This document shows positions 33,424 to 44,678 of a stretch of DNA of 64,000 nt, one piece after another. The stretch covers positions 1 through 64,000 of the forward strand of contig MU626326.1 in assembly GCA_025603075.1 (NCBI GenBank), given 5' to 3'. How positions within the stretch are numbered: the stretch's first letter is position 1; every line of letters starts with the position of its first letter. This stretch comes from Neoconidiobolus thromboides FSU 785. Taxonomy: Eukaryota > Fungi > Entomophthoromycota. The notes below the pieces were generated by a model that saw only the letters and a program-made list of their open reading frames with translations, was not told the origin of the DNA and did no database searches. The position numbers and the translations under genes were made by a program.

Positions 33424-34800
33424 TTAAGTTAATAAAAATTTATTATTCTGATAATAATCTAAGAATGGATTTTCACCAGATTTAGTAGTTGTATTTTTAA
33501 TATCACCATACAATGATAAAAATTGATTTTGAGTTAATACTTTAACTTCCTCATTATTATCCTGTCTATTATTTATATGTTTATAAACTTTTGCCATAAT
33601 TTCAAAATTAGTAGGAAAAAAGATATCAAACCAACCTGGTCTAACTAGATAAGATTTACAAGGTATCATTGTATTTTGAAATCTAGTTTGAACCACAGGT
33701 CCATGATCTCCTTCAACAGTATCTTTTAGCTCATAAAAATCTGCTAGAATTAAATGAAATTTTGCAAATTTTTGTTGAATAATTTTTAAAAATTGATATT
33801 GTTTTGTTGGTAAAAAATAGCTTTTAGATAAGCTTTTTTGAAATGGTAAATATTGATATTGCCATTCGAGTTGAGGATAACAATTAATTTGTTTTAATAT
33901 TGTTAAATATTCAGATATAATGTTATCTTGAACTGGTTGATAAACTTGTTCATATTGCTGATTTTTATCAATTAATATAACTTCTTCGTAAGCCTCTCCA
34001 TTTTGATTAAGTTTAATAACATCATGAGCAAAATTGTCTAATACTTCCATACCAATAAAATACCCATTATCTTCTATTTTATTTTCCCAATCAAATATCG
34101 AACAATTTACAACTTTACATTTCAATTTCATTTCTTCATTTAATTCCAATTGATTATTCTTTTCTTGTTCTTGACTTAACTGTTGACTAATTTCAATGAT
34201 ATTATATTCCGTTTTATCATAAATATCTTTATAATTCATCCTAATAAATTCCATTATATTTTTCATTAAAGTACCATTACCTCCACCCATTTCATAAATC
34301 ACTAATTTATCATAACCATTTTTTAAATAACTTTGAATAATATAATTACCAATTGCATAACCATAATAAGGGTTAAAAAGTTCAGTTGGGGTATGCCAAC
34401 ATTGTCTAGAAATATCATTAACTTGAGATAAATCTAACTCAATTTCTTTATATCTTAATGCTATTTGATTCATAAATTCTAAACTATCTTTTAATTTAGT
34501 TAACTCAATCTTATTTTCAGGTGAATAGATAACCGCTTGTTTAGAAAAATAGCCATAGTTTGGGTTGTATAAGCTGTCATCAATAAAATCTCTAGTTAAC
34601 AGTTTAACTGAGGAGATGGGTTCTTTGGATAATTGAGTTTGTTGAAAATTGGTCCAAGTTAAGTTTGTAGGATCAATTTTGGGTTCAAGCTCAAATATAT
34701 TTTCTAATAACTTAGCTAAACTCTTGTTGCTTTGATAACGATGAGGTGGTCTTATTGTAGCCTTAGTTAGTGCTCGGGTAGCTAGTTTCAATCGATTCAT
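33424..34800 (-). CDS. Mitochondrial SAM-dependent methyltransferase, NDUFAF7/MidA (DUF185) family, 458 aa
   Basis: RDFIDDSLYNPNYGYFS, TPTELFNPYYG, YEMGGGNGTLM, EVLDNFAHD, DIFFPTNF; presequence-like N-terminus. Confidence 0.88.
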   Translation of the reverse strand: MNRLKLATRALTKATIRPPHRYQSNKSLAKLLENIFELEPKIDPTNLTWTNFQQTQLSKEPISSVKLLTRDFIDDSLYNPNYGYFSKQAVIYSPENKIELTKLKDSLEFMNQIALRYKEIELDLSQVNDISRQCWHTPTELFNPYYGYAIGNYIIQSYLKNGYDKLVIYEMGGGNGTLMKNIMEFIRMNYKDIYDKTEYNIIEISQQLSQEQEKNNQLELNEEMKLKCKVVNCSIFDWENKIEDNGYFIGMEVLDNFAHDVIKLNQNGEAYEEVILIDKNQQYEQVYQPVQDNIISEYLTILKQINCYPQLEWQYQYLPFQKSLSKSYFLPTKQYQFLKIIQQKFAKFHLILADFYELKDTVEGDHGPVVQTRFQNTMIPCKSYLVRPGWFDIFFPTNFEIMAKVYKHINNRQDNNEEVKVLTQNQFLSLYGDIKNTTTKSGENPFLDYYQNNKFLLT

Positions 34801-34896
34801 CTTTTTTACTAAAGAAACAAGAAATATTATAAAATATTTTGAGTTTTTGATTTTATTGAATAAAAAATTTCCAATTAAATTAATTCAAAAATATTC

Positions 34897-34980
34897 TCTC
34901 ACCTCCCGGGATCGAACCAGGGACCGATGGATTGCTATTAAATTTACAGTCCATCGCTCTTCCAACTGAGCTAAGGTGAG
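34897..34980 (-). tRNA. tRNA-Tyr(GTA) with 11-nt intron
   Basis: Identical to the other two copies; TTTTT terminator. Confidence 0.95.
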
Positions 34981-35352
34981 ATTTTTCACTAGCTACATTT
35001 TAGAAAGTTAAAATTTATATAATACTAAAAATTATAAAGTTGTGAATATAAATAAGAAATTTTGGTAATTTTATTTTAAATAATAATATTATTTTTCCAT
35101 AAATTTAATGAAACCAAAATTAAGGAGGAAGTATCTTAACTTCAAATTCTGAAAGGAAATGTGAACACTTAAAGGATTAAAAAAGAACTCTAAAGGGTAT
35201 AGTCATAAGGTTTTTTTAATGAAAAACAAGTATAATAGTTAAAAAATATCCGGAATCATATCAAAGTTATATTTAAGAAAAAAAAGGAATAATAATAATA
35301 CTAAAAATGAAATCGAACTGTAGCTAGGTTAAAAAAATTGTGTGTATTATAA

Positions 35353-36306
35353 CTACACTACACCTTGCTGTCTCTTTCGAATCGAAAGTCGATTAATTTC
35401 ATGTTGCATATGCTAAAAAATAACATCAAAATATTATTCAAAATAACAAATCAAAACCCTTACCTGTGCTTCTTCCATCAAAGCAACAACATCTTCTTTA
35501 TAACGAAAGTAAAACCTTCTTTCTGTTTTAGCTGTTTTCAATAACTCTTGACCCAAAGCTAATTGATTTTCATGTAAACCATCTGGTTTCATACTCAATA
35601 ATCGATTGCATACTTTATCATGTTTTTTATAAATTTTATACACCGCTAACTTATTTAAAGGTATGAAATTGTTGCTTAGATGTTTCAATACATTGATTAG
35701 ACTGTGTAAAGAAGCGGATAATTTAGTTGATGCTTCAAATACAACATCACCAGCTTGAATACTCATAGAATTGGTATGTGGTAATGGATTAGTATTATCT
35801 ATTGAAAAAACACGGGTATCAGATAAATGTTTACTACTTTGATCTAAGCTGCCAATGTGATGGTTGGTGGGATATTTCTATTAAAAATAAAAACTCAATT
35901 AAAAAAACAACAGATGAATAAAAAAGGGATGTATTACCAATTCAAAAAATTGTAAAGTTAATTGTTGAAACATGCTTTTACACTGCTTTAATTTTGAATA
36001 TGTAAAATATTCTACTTTATCCACTTCTTCTTTAAAACCTTCTTGAAATAAATCCTCTACTTCTTTTAAGTTTTCTAAAGTCATACCAGCATTTTCTTCA
36101 ATCATTACTTCATTTCGACCATTTTCTAAACTGTCACAGTAGCTAAAGTAGATAAAAATGTAAACTACATGTTTCTTTTATAAGTTAATTAAAAACTGTC
36201 TTTACCTACTTATACGTTCTAAAATTTTCTTGAGCCTTTTATAATCTAAATAATACAACTTCCAAGCGGGCACCGCTTTACTAGCCATATGTTTAGCAAA
36301 CTTCAT
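35353..36306 (-). CDS. Stand-alone SPX-domain protein, 259 aa; exons 36306-36206, 36142-35938, 35877-35464, 35412-35353
   Basis: MKFAKHMASKAVPAWKLYYLDYKRLKKIL...F..EVDKV...LNKLAVYKIYKKHDK; exon lengths sum to 780 nt. Confidence 0.85.
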
Positions 36307-36597
36307 TTTTGTTTTATTTTTTCTAAATGGTAAAGATTGAATTGTCTGTTGAATTGCTGTTGAATTTTTTTATCAATTTAACTTTTTATCATCTTTTCCT
36401 AAATTCAAATTCTAACCAATGAAACTAGAAGTTTATTGTCCGCATTTCAACGGTGAACATTAATTAATGATTTCTATTTTTATTTATTACACTTATACTA
36501 TATAATGACGCATTTTATGTGCAACTGCCTAATTTTTTTAAAGCTTATTTATAGTTACAAAAAGTAAAAATAACACAATAAAATAAATAAAATTTGA

Positions 36598-37599
36598 TTA
36601 TTTATTACTACCCTTTTTAAGTGCTTGAAATCTAGCCTCTAACTCAGATAAAGAGGGTATAGAACTTGATTTGTTATTCGTATCAACTGCATTATTAACT
36701 ACATTGTTAGTTGGAGATAAAGCTTTAGGTACGTCAGGTGACAGATTATTTTTTTCAATTTTGGTTTTAGGTTTGGTTACTGGTGGAGATGGTATAACCT
36801 CATTATCCTAAAAAATAAAGAATAAAAATTTAATTTTACTATAAATAATAAAACAAGCTACGTTTTCTACATCAATTAAGGAAGTTTCATTTATGTCATT
36901 TTGATTGCTTTGGCCATTCTGACAATAACTCGACACATTATATCGAATGCCTATTTCTTCAAGATATTTTTCAATTAGTTCTTCACCTGGTGGAGTTACA
37001 TCAAGTTTTTTTATTATCTAATTAAATTTGTATACTCAATATCAGTTACTTACTTATAAAAAATAAATTACATTCGAATTAACTAAATGGTCTTGATCTT
37101 GCATAGCTTTTACTACATATTCTTTACCATATTTCATGGCAAATTGGTCACGAATCATAACTAACTCTTTAATTTCTCCACATCTTGCTGAACAGTAAAT
37201 TAAACTTTGGACCCCTTCAATTAAACTTGGGTCTAGATCACTTTAATTTATGTACTATTAATTTTTTATTTTTATATAAGTTTTTGAGTTTACCCATTTA
37301 ATTCTAACAATGAAAATCGAGCTAATAATAATTCACAAAATAATTCCAATACTTCTAAAGCTTCACAATAGTTGTCTTCTCGGATAATATTTTCTACCTG
37401 AATTTTTTATTCATTTTAGTTTATTATTCATCTACTAAACGCTTACCCTTATCTTTGCCGATTCTAATTTATCGTCCGCTAATAATAAAGAAATTTCTTT
37501 TCTTAATTTTAAACTTAAGTTTTCTTTTTTTGCCCTTAATAATTTTACTCGATTGATACTAAGTTTCAAATGAATCTTTAATCTTGCTGAACTAAACAT
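36598..37599 (-). CDS. IST1: ESCRT-III/Vps4 regulator Ist1, 5 exons
   Basis: MFSSARLKIHLKLSINRVKLL...AKIRVENIIRED...ELFCELLLARF...; C-terminal LEARFQALKK MIM motif; absent from the ORF track because of introns. Confidence 0.9.
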
Positions 37600-38571
37600 T
37601 ATTATAATATTTTAATTGATACTTATTTTCATTAAATAATAGTTATAATGTATTAACAAACATTAAAAATAAAAATAAAAATTTCGGATTTATAAGAAAT
37701 TCATAGGTAAGTATACTTTACAACAAATCATCAAGCTTATAGAAATTAGAATGAGGTCACGTTCAAATTTCCAAAAATAAAAATAAAAAATAAATACTAG
37801 ATCAATAACCTTATATTTATCATATATCTTAAGATATATATAGCTACTGATTATTAAGAAGTATATTATAATAAAAAGATTTCAACAAAAAAGAAGAAGA
37901 TATCAAAAATCATATAGAAACATAGTGATATTTTTAATGATGGACTAGGTTATCAACCGATACCTTACATGTAATAAACAAAATAACAAGAGAAGCTGAA
38001 TTTTAGCAGAATAGACTTAAGTTTATATATCAAGTACATGGTATTTAATAGAAATTCAGAAAGTCATAATTAGCAGTATAAAAAAAGTCTATCAGATAAG
38101 CTCAATAATATGTATAAACGTTAGGATATAAGTGCTACAAAATAATACAATATTGTATATCTAATAAAATGAGACTAAGTTATATATTGTAAATTATACT
38201 ATAAAAAAACTTTTTAGAGATATAAAAGGAGTATATCTTAAGGTAAGTGTTTTAAAATATTTTATGAGATGCAGCTGCTAATTTTAAATTATGTTACTAT
38301 GCTTGTTATAGGATCCTCTATAGGAGCTAAGCTATAATAAATACAATTCCATCATACTTACTATTCAACTATATTTTCGAATGGGACTTATCTTTAAAAC
38401 ATTTGACCTTTTAAATGTTTAATTGAACTTTATTATGTTTCATTAATTTCAAACTTTAAACAAAAAGTTAAAATTCACCCTAATTTCCTAACCAATCAAA
38501 GCACAATTTAACGTGTTAGTCTTTATAAATAATTTAAAAAATTAAATAAGTTTTTTCTATAAATTATAGCA

Positions 38572-39218
38572 ATGAGCGAAAAATCATATAATAAAGAAGT
38601 CGAAACCAAAAAGAATAAATTAGCGTAATATAAAGATTAGCTATTATAAAGTAATGTACTAAATATTTTGATAACTAGTAATAATCCTCATTTAAACGTA
38701 TTTACAAATGATGGTAGTTTTTTAGAAAGGTTTAAAAGTATGCAAAAAGAACAGGATGAAGCAAAGAAGAGGGAAATAGCACTTAAAAGGTAACTCAATT
38801 ATAATATTTACCATTTATTTATAAAACAATTAAATCGCTTTTTTGGCTAAGATGGCTAATTTATGCCAACTACATTTTGTATCAATATGTTTTAGGTGCC
38901 AATTGTTCAATTAGTATTTATTGGAGTTTTTTTGTTTTCAATTTACTAACTTTTGATTTTTTATATTATTGCTAATAGAAAAAAAGAACTTGAGGATAGA
39001 ATAGTAAGACTAATTATTATTATTTAGAAAGACCAGTTAATATCTTAATTTAGAAAAACCGAGGTAAAAGAAGTGCTAAAAAAAGAAAGGAAGAAGTTGA
39101 AGATAAAAATAAACAAAATAAAGATAAAATGGTTAAAGGTTATCTAAGGGAGCTTAAGAATCAGGCGGAGAATAAAAATGGTTTGGAAGCTAGAAAAAGT
39201 CCTACCAATGGTAATTAA
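38572..39218 (+). CDS. Small TRIR/C19orf43-like protein, about 4 exons
   Basis: NVFTNDGSFLERFK motif, Lys-rich middle, C-terminal GYLRELK; internal exon boundaries approximate. Confidence 0.55.
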
Positions 39219-39968
39219 GCCTTGATTTATTTTTCTTATTGAATAAAATTTTTTTGTATGAAGGTTTAAATAATTGTATTTGTCCATTTAGTTAACTGAA
39301 CCAATTATCATGATGCATTATAATATATTATTTGTGTTTATATTATTTTGAGTATAGTGGAATTAAGAATAATTTATAGTGATGTAATTGAAATATATTA
39401 TTATCAAATAAGTTTACTCCAAGCTTTAATATGCTGTTTTATAATTTATTATTTAAACATCTTTAAAACGCTATTATATAATATTCTAATAGATCAGTGT
39501 ATATATGTGTATTTTTTTTAATACTTTGCCCATTTTCTAATTAGTTTATGATTTATAAAAATTACCATTTAGTTTTTCAAAAACAGGGTGATACTATAAA
39601 ATTAATATAAAAATTAGTCAGAACATAATTTCTTATAAATCTACATGTATTGCTTTTTGAATTAGTAAAAAAAATACAAAAATTAATATATACGGCTTAT
39701 GTGAAGCTGTAAACATGTGCAAATAAAGGTATCAATAGCGTTTTTTATTGTAATAAATTCCATATGAAATTAACTATTAAATCATTTTTAAACTTACAAA
39801 ACTAAATTAAGATAAAATCATTTTAAGTAAATTTAATTGGCTACATTTACATAAGCTCAATCCCATTATAATTTCTGAAAAAACTAAAAGGAAATCCATC
39901 TTTTTGAAAAGGTAAAGATGAATAAATTAAAAAATGACTATTATTAATAAATCAGATTAATTTAGAAG

Positions 39969-40635
39969 ATGCCTAAAAATAAGGGAAAGGTAATAATAGA
40001 AAAGGGCTATTATTAAAGAAAGTATATTAATAAATAAAAAGGGAGGTAAGAATCGCCGTAGAGGAAAGAATGAAAATGAGAACACAAAAAGAGAGTTAAT
40101 TTTAGCCGATGAAGGGCAAGGTAAATAGTCAAATATCTTGGCTAACTACATAACTAACAGAACATTAAATTTTTCAAAAAAATTAGAATATGCTCAAGTT
40201 TTAACCATGTTGGGTAATGGACGTTTAACAGCACAAAGTTTCGATGGTACAAAAAGGTTAGCTTTGATCAGAGGAAAAATGCGCAAGAAAGTTTGGATTT
40301 CAGCAGGTGATATTATTCTATTATCTCTAAGAGATTTCCAAGATGATAAAGCTGATGTTATCATGAAATACACTCCGGATGAAGCTCGTGCTTTAAAATC
40401 TCAAGGTGCTATTCCCGATACTGGTAAATGTTACATTTTTGTTTTGTGTTACTTGTATATTAATATGCTTTTTTAGCTCAAATCAATGAAAATGCAGGTG
40501 GAGATGAAGATGAAGACGTTGGTTTCGATTTCGATTCAGAAGCTGAAGATGGTGAAGCTGAGGAAGTTGATATTGATGATGTAAGTTCAATAGATTATAA
40601 TCGAAAATAGATAATAATAGTGATTTTAGATTTAA
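39969..40635 (+). CDS. TIF11: Translation initiation factor eIF1A, 5 exons including a 6-nt last exon
   Basis: [17 protein letters not shown]...[14 protein letters not shown]...[11 protein letters not shown]...acidic tail ending DDI*. Confidence 0.97.
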
Positions 40636-40893
40636 GTTAAGTGTACATTGTATATTAAAGTTATCATCCACTTTTGATTCTCCCCTTTTCTTTCGGCGGT
40701 TTTTAAATAGGAATATAGAACTACTGCGTTAACTTTTTTCTTTTAAATTTTTTTTATGATTGTTTATTGTTTATATTTTTGGTTCAAAACTATAGGTTAG
40801 CCGGTAATATCAGTCCAAATTTTTTATACTGATTTGTAATAAAAAACAAAATAAAATATAAAATGACAATAAAATATAAAATTTAATAAACTT

Positions 40894-41376
40894 TTACCCC
40901 CATTCTGGAAGTTGGGTAAAATCCTCATTAATGGACGATGGCTTTAAAGAAGGAGGTAGTTCGTTTTTATGTTTCAACAACTCGAAAGGCATTGAATCAT
41001 CAAACAAAATGAACAACTTTGGCTATTCAAATAAACATTATATATCCAATCATAAAAAACTTCAACTTACCTTTTTGACTATTCTAAAAGTTTCCTCTGC
41101 AGGAAAACCACGGTAATAATTCGGAGGTTTACCTTCAATTTCTCTATCTATATTTAAAAAGGAAGACTATTAAAGATTCAATTTGGTTAACTTTTATTTT
41201 ACTCACTATAAGCTTTATAGTAGTCTTTTTTACTTCTTAAATGCATAGTGGATACATTATGTTGCTTGATGTTGACTCGGTTATTTAATAAATATCTATT
41301 ACAATGATCACAATAATCTAGTCTAATTTTAATTTTATTTGATTATTAATTGCTAGTTTTTACATCGCTTTCCCAT
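40894..41376 (-). CDS. ZMAT5: ZMAT5 / U11-U12 snRNP 20K-like protein, 109 aa; exons 41376-41364, 41317-41207, 41147-41071, 41022-40894
   Basis: MGKRYYCDHCNRYLLNNRVNIKQHNVSTMH (matrin-type C-x2-C-x13-H-x5-H) and C-terminal ELPPSLKP...EWG*; exon lengths sum to 330 nt. Confidence 0.82.
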
Positions 41377-41864
41377 TTTGTTATGGCTAGTTTGATTAAG
41401 AATTATTGTAAATTGAAATAAATGATTGGCTTTTGTTTGATTTTATTTTGCTCATTTCTGATTTTTGAAGTGGAAAATTATTTTTCTTATCCTTATTTTT
41501 AAATTATGTATTCTCATTTATGACTATTATTTTAAAAAACAAAGTATATTTGTGAAATAAAAAATGATTTTTTAATTAAACTTTTTATTTAACATAATTA
41601 TTCATTATTTGTTATGTATAAAGCAATCTTAATAAAGGGTCAATAAACAATTTAATAAATCTATTCAACTAAATAATAAAAGAACATAATTATGCGATGA
41701 TTCATATAGACAAATAAAATAAGAATAAATTAGGATTCTAAACTACAATTGGACAAAAAATAATTATACTACTTTAATTGACCATAAACTCAAAAATAAG
41801 AGTAATTGACAACAAATTCAAATGAACTAATTTTCAAAACACTTTATTAAAATAGTTTATTATA

Positions 41865-44264
41865 ATGAGTAAAGACAAGTTACCAACAAAAGACTATCTG
41901 ATAAAGCAGTTGGATACCATGATTAAAGGTCTGCCAGTAAAAAACAAGAAGGTATCTGAGCAAAACGAAACAAAAGAAGGTATTATGGACTTTATATCCA
42001 AAGTGAGGAGAACAACGAAATTAGGTCTTAAAAGTAAGTTAAATCCAGAAAGAGACATAAAGATACTTAAGGGAAGAAGAGGGGACTCAGCAATCAAGAT
42101 ATTATTTAAAAGACTGGATCGAAATAATTTGGAAACAGAATACAGTGAAGTAAATAATTATAATGGTACTACCTCAGCTCAACAAAGAAGAAGTAAAGTA
42201 GAACTAAAAGAGCCTGTAGTTAATAATATTACTACAAAAAGTACAAGAGCAACTTATACAAACAAGCCAAATGATGATCATGCTACTTCTACTCGTACAA
42301 TAAATAAAGATATCTCAAATGATAGGTCAGCTCCTATAGGTAGAACCAAAGTGTCAGAAACTAATTTTAAAAAACTTGGTGAATTTACTATGAAGCCTAT
42401 GGAACGTGTCACATCGAAAACTAGTATAGCTCCAGCAGCCAAAAGAGCCAATATTGATAAAGCTGAAATACTCAATAAGTCTAACAATATTTCATGTAAA
42501 AGTCAACAAGAAAGTAGAAACTCGATGACTAAACCTAGTAGAAGTAGCAATCCATCTAGTAATAAAGGTTATAACGAGGAAAATCAATATTTAAGGCATA
42601 AAAATGAAAGAGGTCCTAATCCTGGGATAGGTATTCAAAATGAAATAACAAATTATGCCAATGGTTATTCAGAAATAAAACAGACAGAAAAGGACAAAAG
42701 GGCACTTGAATCTGGAAGAACAGGTCAAGGCGTTGTTGGAGAAAAGGGTGAAGGTGTTAGATTAGAGTATAACAAACTCCCAAAAATTAAAAAGTTTACT
42801 GAAGAAGCTAAAGCAAGGATTATAACTGAAAAGAAAGAGTTAGAAGGACAAAAAGAAAAGGCAGCAAAAGAAAGATCAAATAGTGGCATTGTGGATCCAT
42901 TGGCACTCCATATCCAAAAGGTAAAGCAACATCCACTTCTAGCTGGTACTAGGAATGCTGAAGTTTTTCATGATGAAAATCAGAGGCAAGATTCTTATGG
43001 TAATAGACTTGATGCTAATTATTACGACGACCCAAGATCTAATATTAATTATAATGCAGGAGGGCCTAATCATAGCCATGACGGAGGAAGATCCAATTCT
43101 AATTATAATGAAGATAAATTTAACTATGATACAGGAAGGTCTAGTTATAATTATGATGAAGGAAGAGATAACTCTGACTATAACGGAGGGAGACCTGTTG
43201 TTAATTATGACGCACCTAGATCTAATACCAATTATGATACAGGAAGATCTAACCATTATATTACAAATAGTAACAGTGGGTCAAGGACTTCTTATCAACC
43301 TCAGCAGGCTTATAGATTGCACGATTCAGACACTTTTGAAAGTAAGTGGGGGAAACCCAAAGTACGTACTAATGCTAACAACTATTTCGCCAACCGAGGA
43401 GATAGAACACCTTATCATGACTTAAATGGTACTCCTAATAATCAACATCATAATGATAATATCAAATCAGGTCTGCACCCAACGGATTTTACACAAGCCA
43501 ACTCAGGTACATATGAACCGGTTTATACTAATTTTTCGTCACCTCATGATGGTGATACTACTAAGTCTGAACAACCCATAAAGTTGGATTATCCAGCTCC
43601 TTTACCAAGAGATACTCCAGAAAATATTAAGTCCCTCTATGAATTGTATCGTGTTAAAGCCAAAGAAATTAAGGATATTAGTACTAAATATGATAAGAGT
43701 TCCAATGAATTTAAATTAGCTTATATGCAAGCTATGTTCTTTCATATTAAATGTATTTCATTTGTTCCACACGCTGATGAAGCTTTAAAGACTGTTTATC
43801 AAGCCCTTCTTTATTGGCAATCTTTATTGCCTACCACTAATTACTTATTGCAAACTACTATTTATCATTCAATCCATCGTCCTCTTCTTCCAGTTTTGTA
43901 TTTAGTTAAAGCAATTATCTATCGTAATATTGTAATTTGTGGGGAAGTATTATTAAACAATAGTGAATATGAAGGCTCAGGGTTGAAAGAAGTATTAATT
44001 GAAGCTTTAGATTTATCACGCAGGTTCTATAGGAGTGCAAGAAAAGAATTTGTAGATTTAGGTAAAGTTAAAATTTACCAACCAGTGTTTGATTTCTTTT
44101 CAGAATCAGCGCCAAAGTATTTCCCTGTCGATTTTACAGCTCAGTTTGATCATGGTTATTTATTCTTCTTTCTAAGAAGTATCTTTACGATTAATATTAA
44201 AACTAGTGGGATTAACTTTGACATTGTACCAGATGACTTAGAAAAGTATCATGTAGAAACTTGA
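41865..44264 (+). CDS. 799-aa protein: basic disordered N-half, NYDxGRS repeats, helical C-terminal domain (possibly AF4/Ebp1-CHD-like)
   Basis: Long intact ORF; the C-terminal Y...AK.IK......AY.QA.FF..C pattern is only a tentative family hint. Confidence 0.85.
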   Translation: MSKDKLPTKDYLIKQLDTMIKGLPVKNKKVSEQNETKEGIMDFISKVRRTTKLGLKSKLNPERDIKILKGRRGDSAIKILFKRLDRNNLETEYSEVNNYNGTTSAQQRRSKVELKEPVVNNITTKSTRATYTNKPNDDHATSTRTINKDISNDRSAPIGRTKVSETNFKKLGEFTMKPMERVTSKTSIAPAAKRANIDKAEILNKSNNISCKSQQESRNSMTKPSRSSNPSSNKGYNEENQYLRHKNERGPNPGIGIQNEITNYANGYSEIKQTEKDKRALESGRTGQGVVGEKGEGVRLEYNKLPKIKKFTEEAKARIITEKKELEGQKEKAAKERSNSGIVDPLALHIQKVKQHPLLAGTRNAEVFHDENQRQDSYGNRLDANYYDDPRSNINYNAGGPNHSHDGGRSNSNYNEDKFNYDTGRSSYNYDEGRDNSDYNGGRPVVNYDAPRSNTNYDTGRSNHYITNSNSGSRTSYQPQQAYRLHDSDTFESKWGKPKVRTNANNYFANRGDRTPYHDLNGTPNNQHHNDNIKSGLHPTDFTQANSGTYEPVYTNFSSPHDGDTTKSEQPIKLDYPAPLPRDTPENIKSLYELYRVKAKEIKDISTKYDKSSNEFKLAYMQAMFFHIKCISFVPHADEALKTVYQALLYWQSLLPTTNYLLQTTIYHSIHRPLLPVLYLVKAIIYRNIVICGEVLLNNSEYEGSGLKEVLIEALDLSRRFYRSARKEFVDLGKVKIYQPVFDFFSESAPKYFPVDFTAQFDHGYLFFFLRSIFTINIKTSGINFDIVPDDLEKYHVET

Positions 44265-44516
44265 TTCTAAAGTTAAAAGTTGGATTTTTTGTACAAGAAC
44301 TTTTAATAGGAATCTTTTTATGAGCTTGTTTAATTAATCCTATTGCTGTTTTATTAAATTGTAATATTATTGTATTTGTTATTTATAAATTTGAATTTAA
44401 CTAAAATATTTATTTGATGTCATTTTAAAACATAATATCATCTATTAATATTGAAAATAACCTAATGATAATTTAATATTTATAAAAATTAACCCTTTAT
44501 TAATAGCTTGATTATT

Positions 44517-44678
44517 TTAATAAGTAGGACATGGTAAAGTGGTGGTAGTGGTAGTATAAGTGGTAGTGGTACTAGTTACGTAGGAAGTAACATCCTTGCA
44601 TCTTTTAGTATAACCATAACCATAACCTTGAGCAGCAATAGAAGTAGCAACGACAGTGATAAAGTAAATGAATTTCAT
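44517..44678 (-). CDS. 53-aa secreted peptide precursor 1: MKFIYFITVVATSIAAQGYGYGYTKRCKDVTSYVTSTTTTYTTTTTTLPCPTY
   Basis: Translated by hand; conserved in two nearby paralogs; TATAAATA on the minus strand at 44742-44749. Confidence 0.82.
   Translation of the reverse strand: MKFIYFITVVATSIAAQGYGYGYTKRCKDVTSYVTSTTTTYTTTTTTLPCPTY

Noticed and set aside
40931-41116. 61-aa plus-strand ORF
   Set aside because: Antisense to ZMAT5 exons 3-4.
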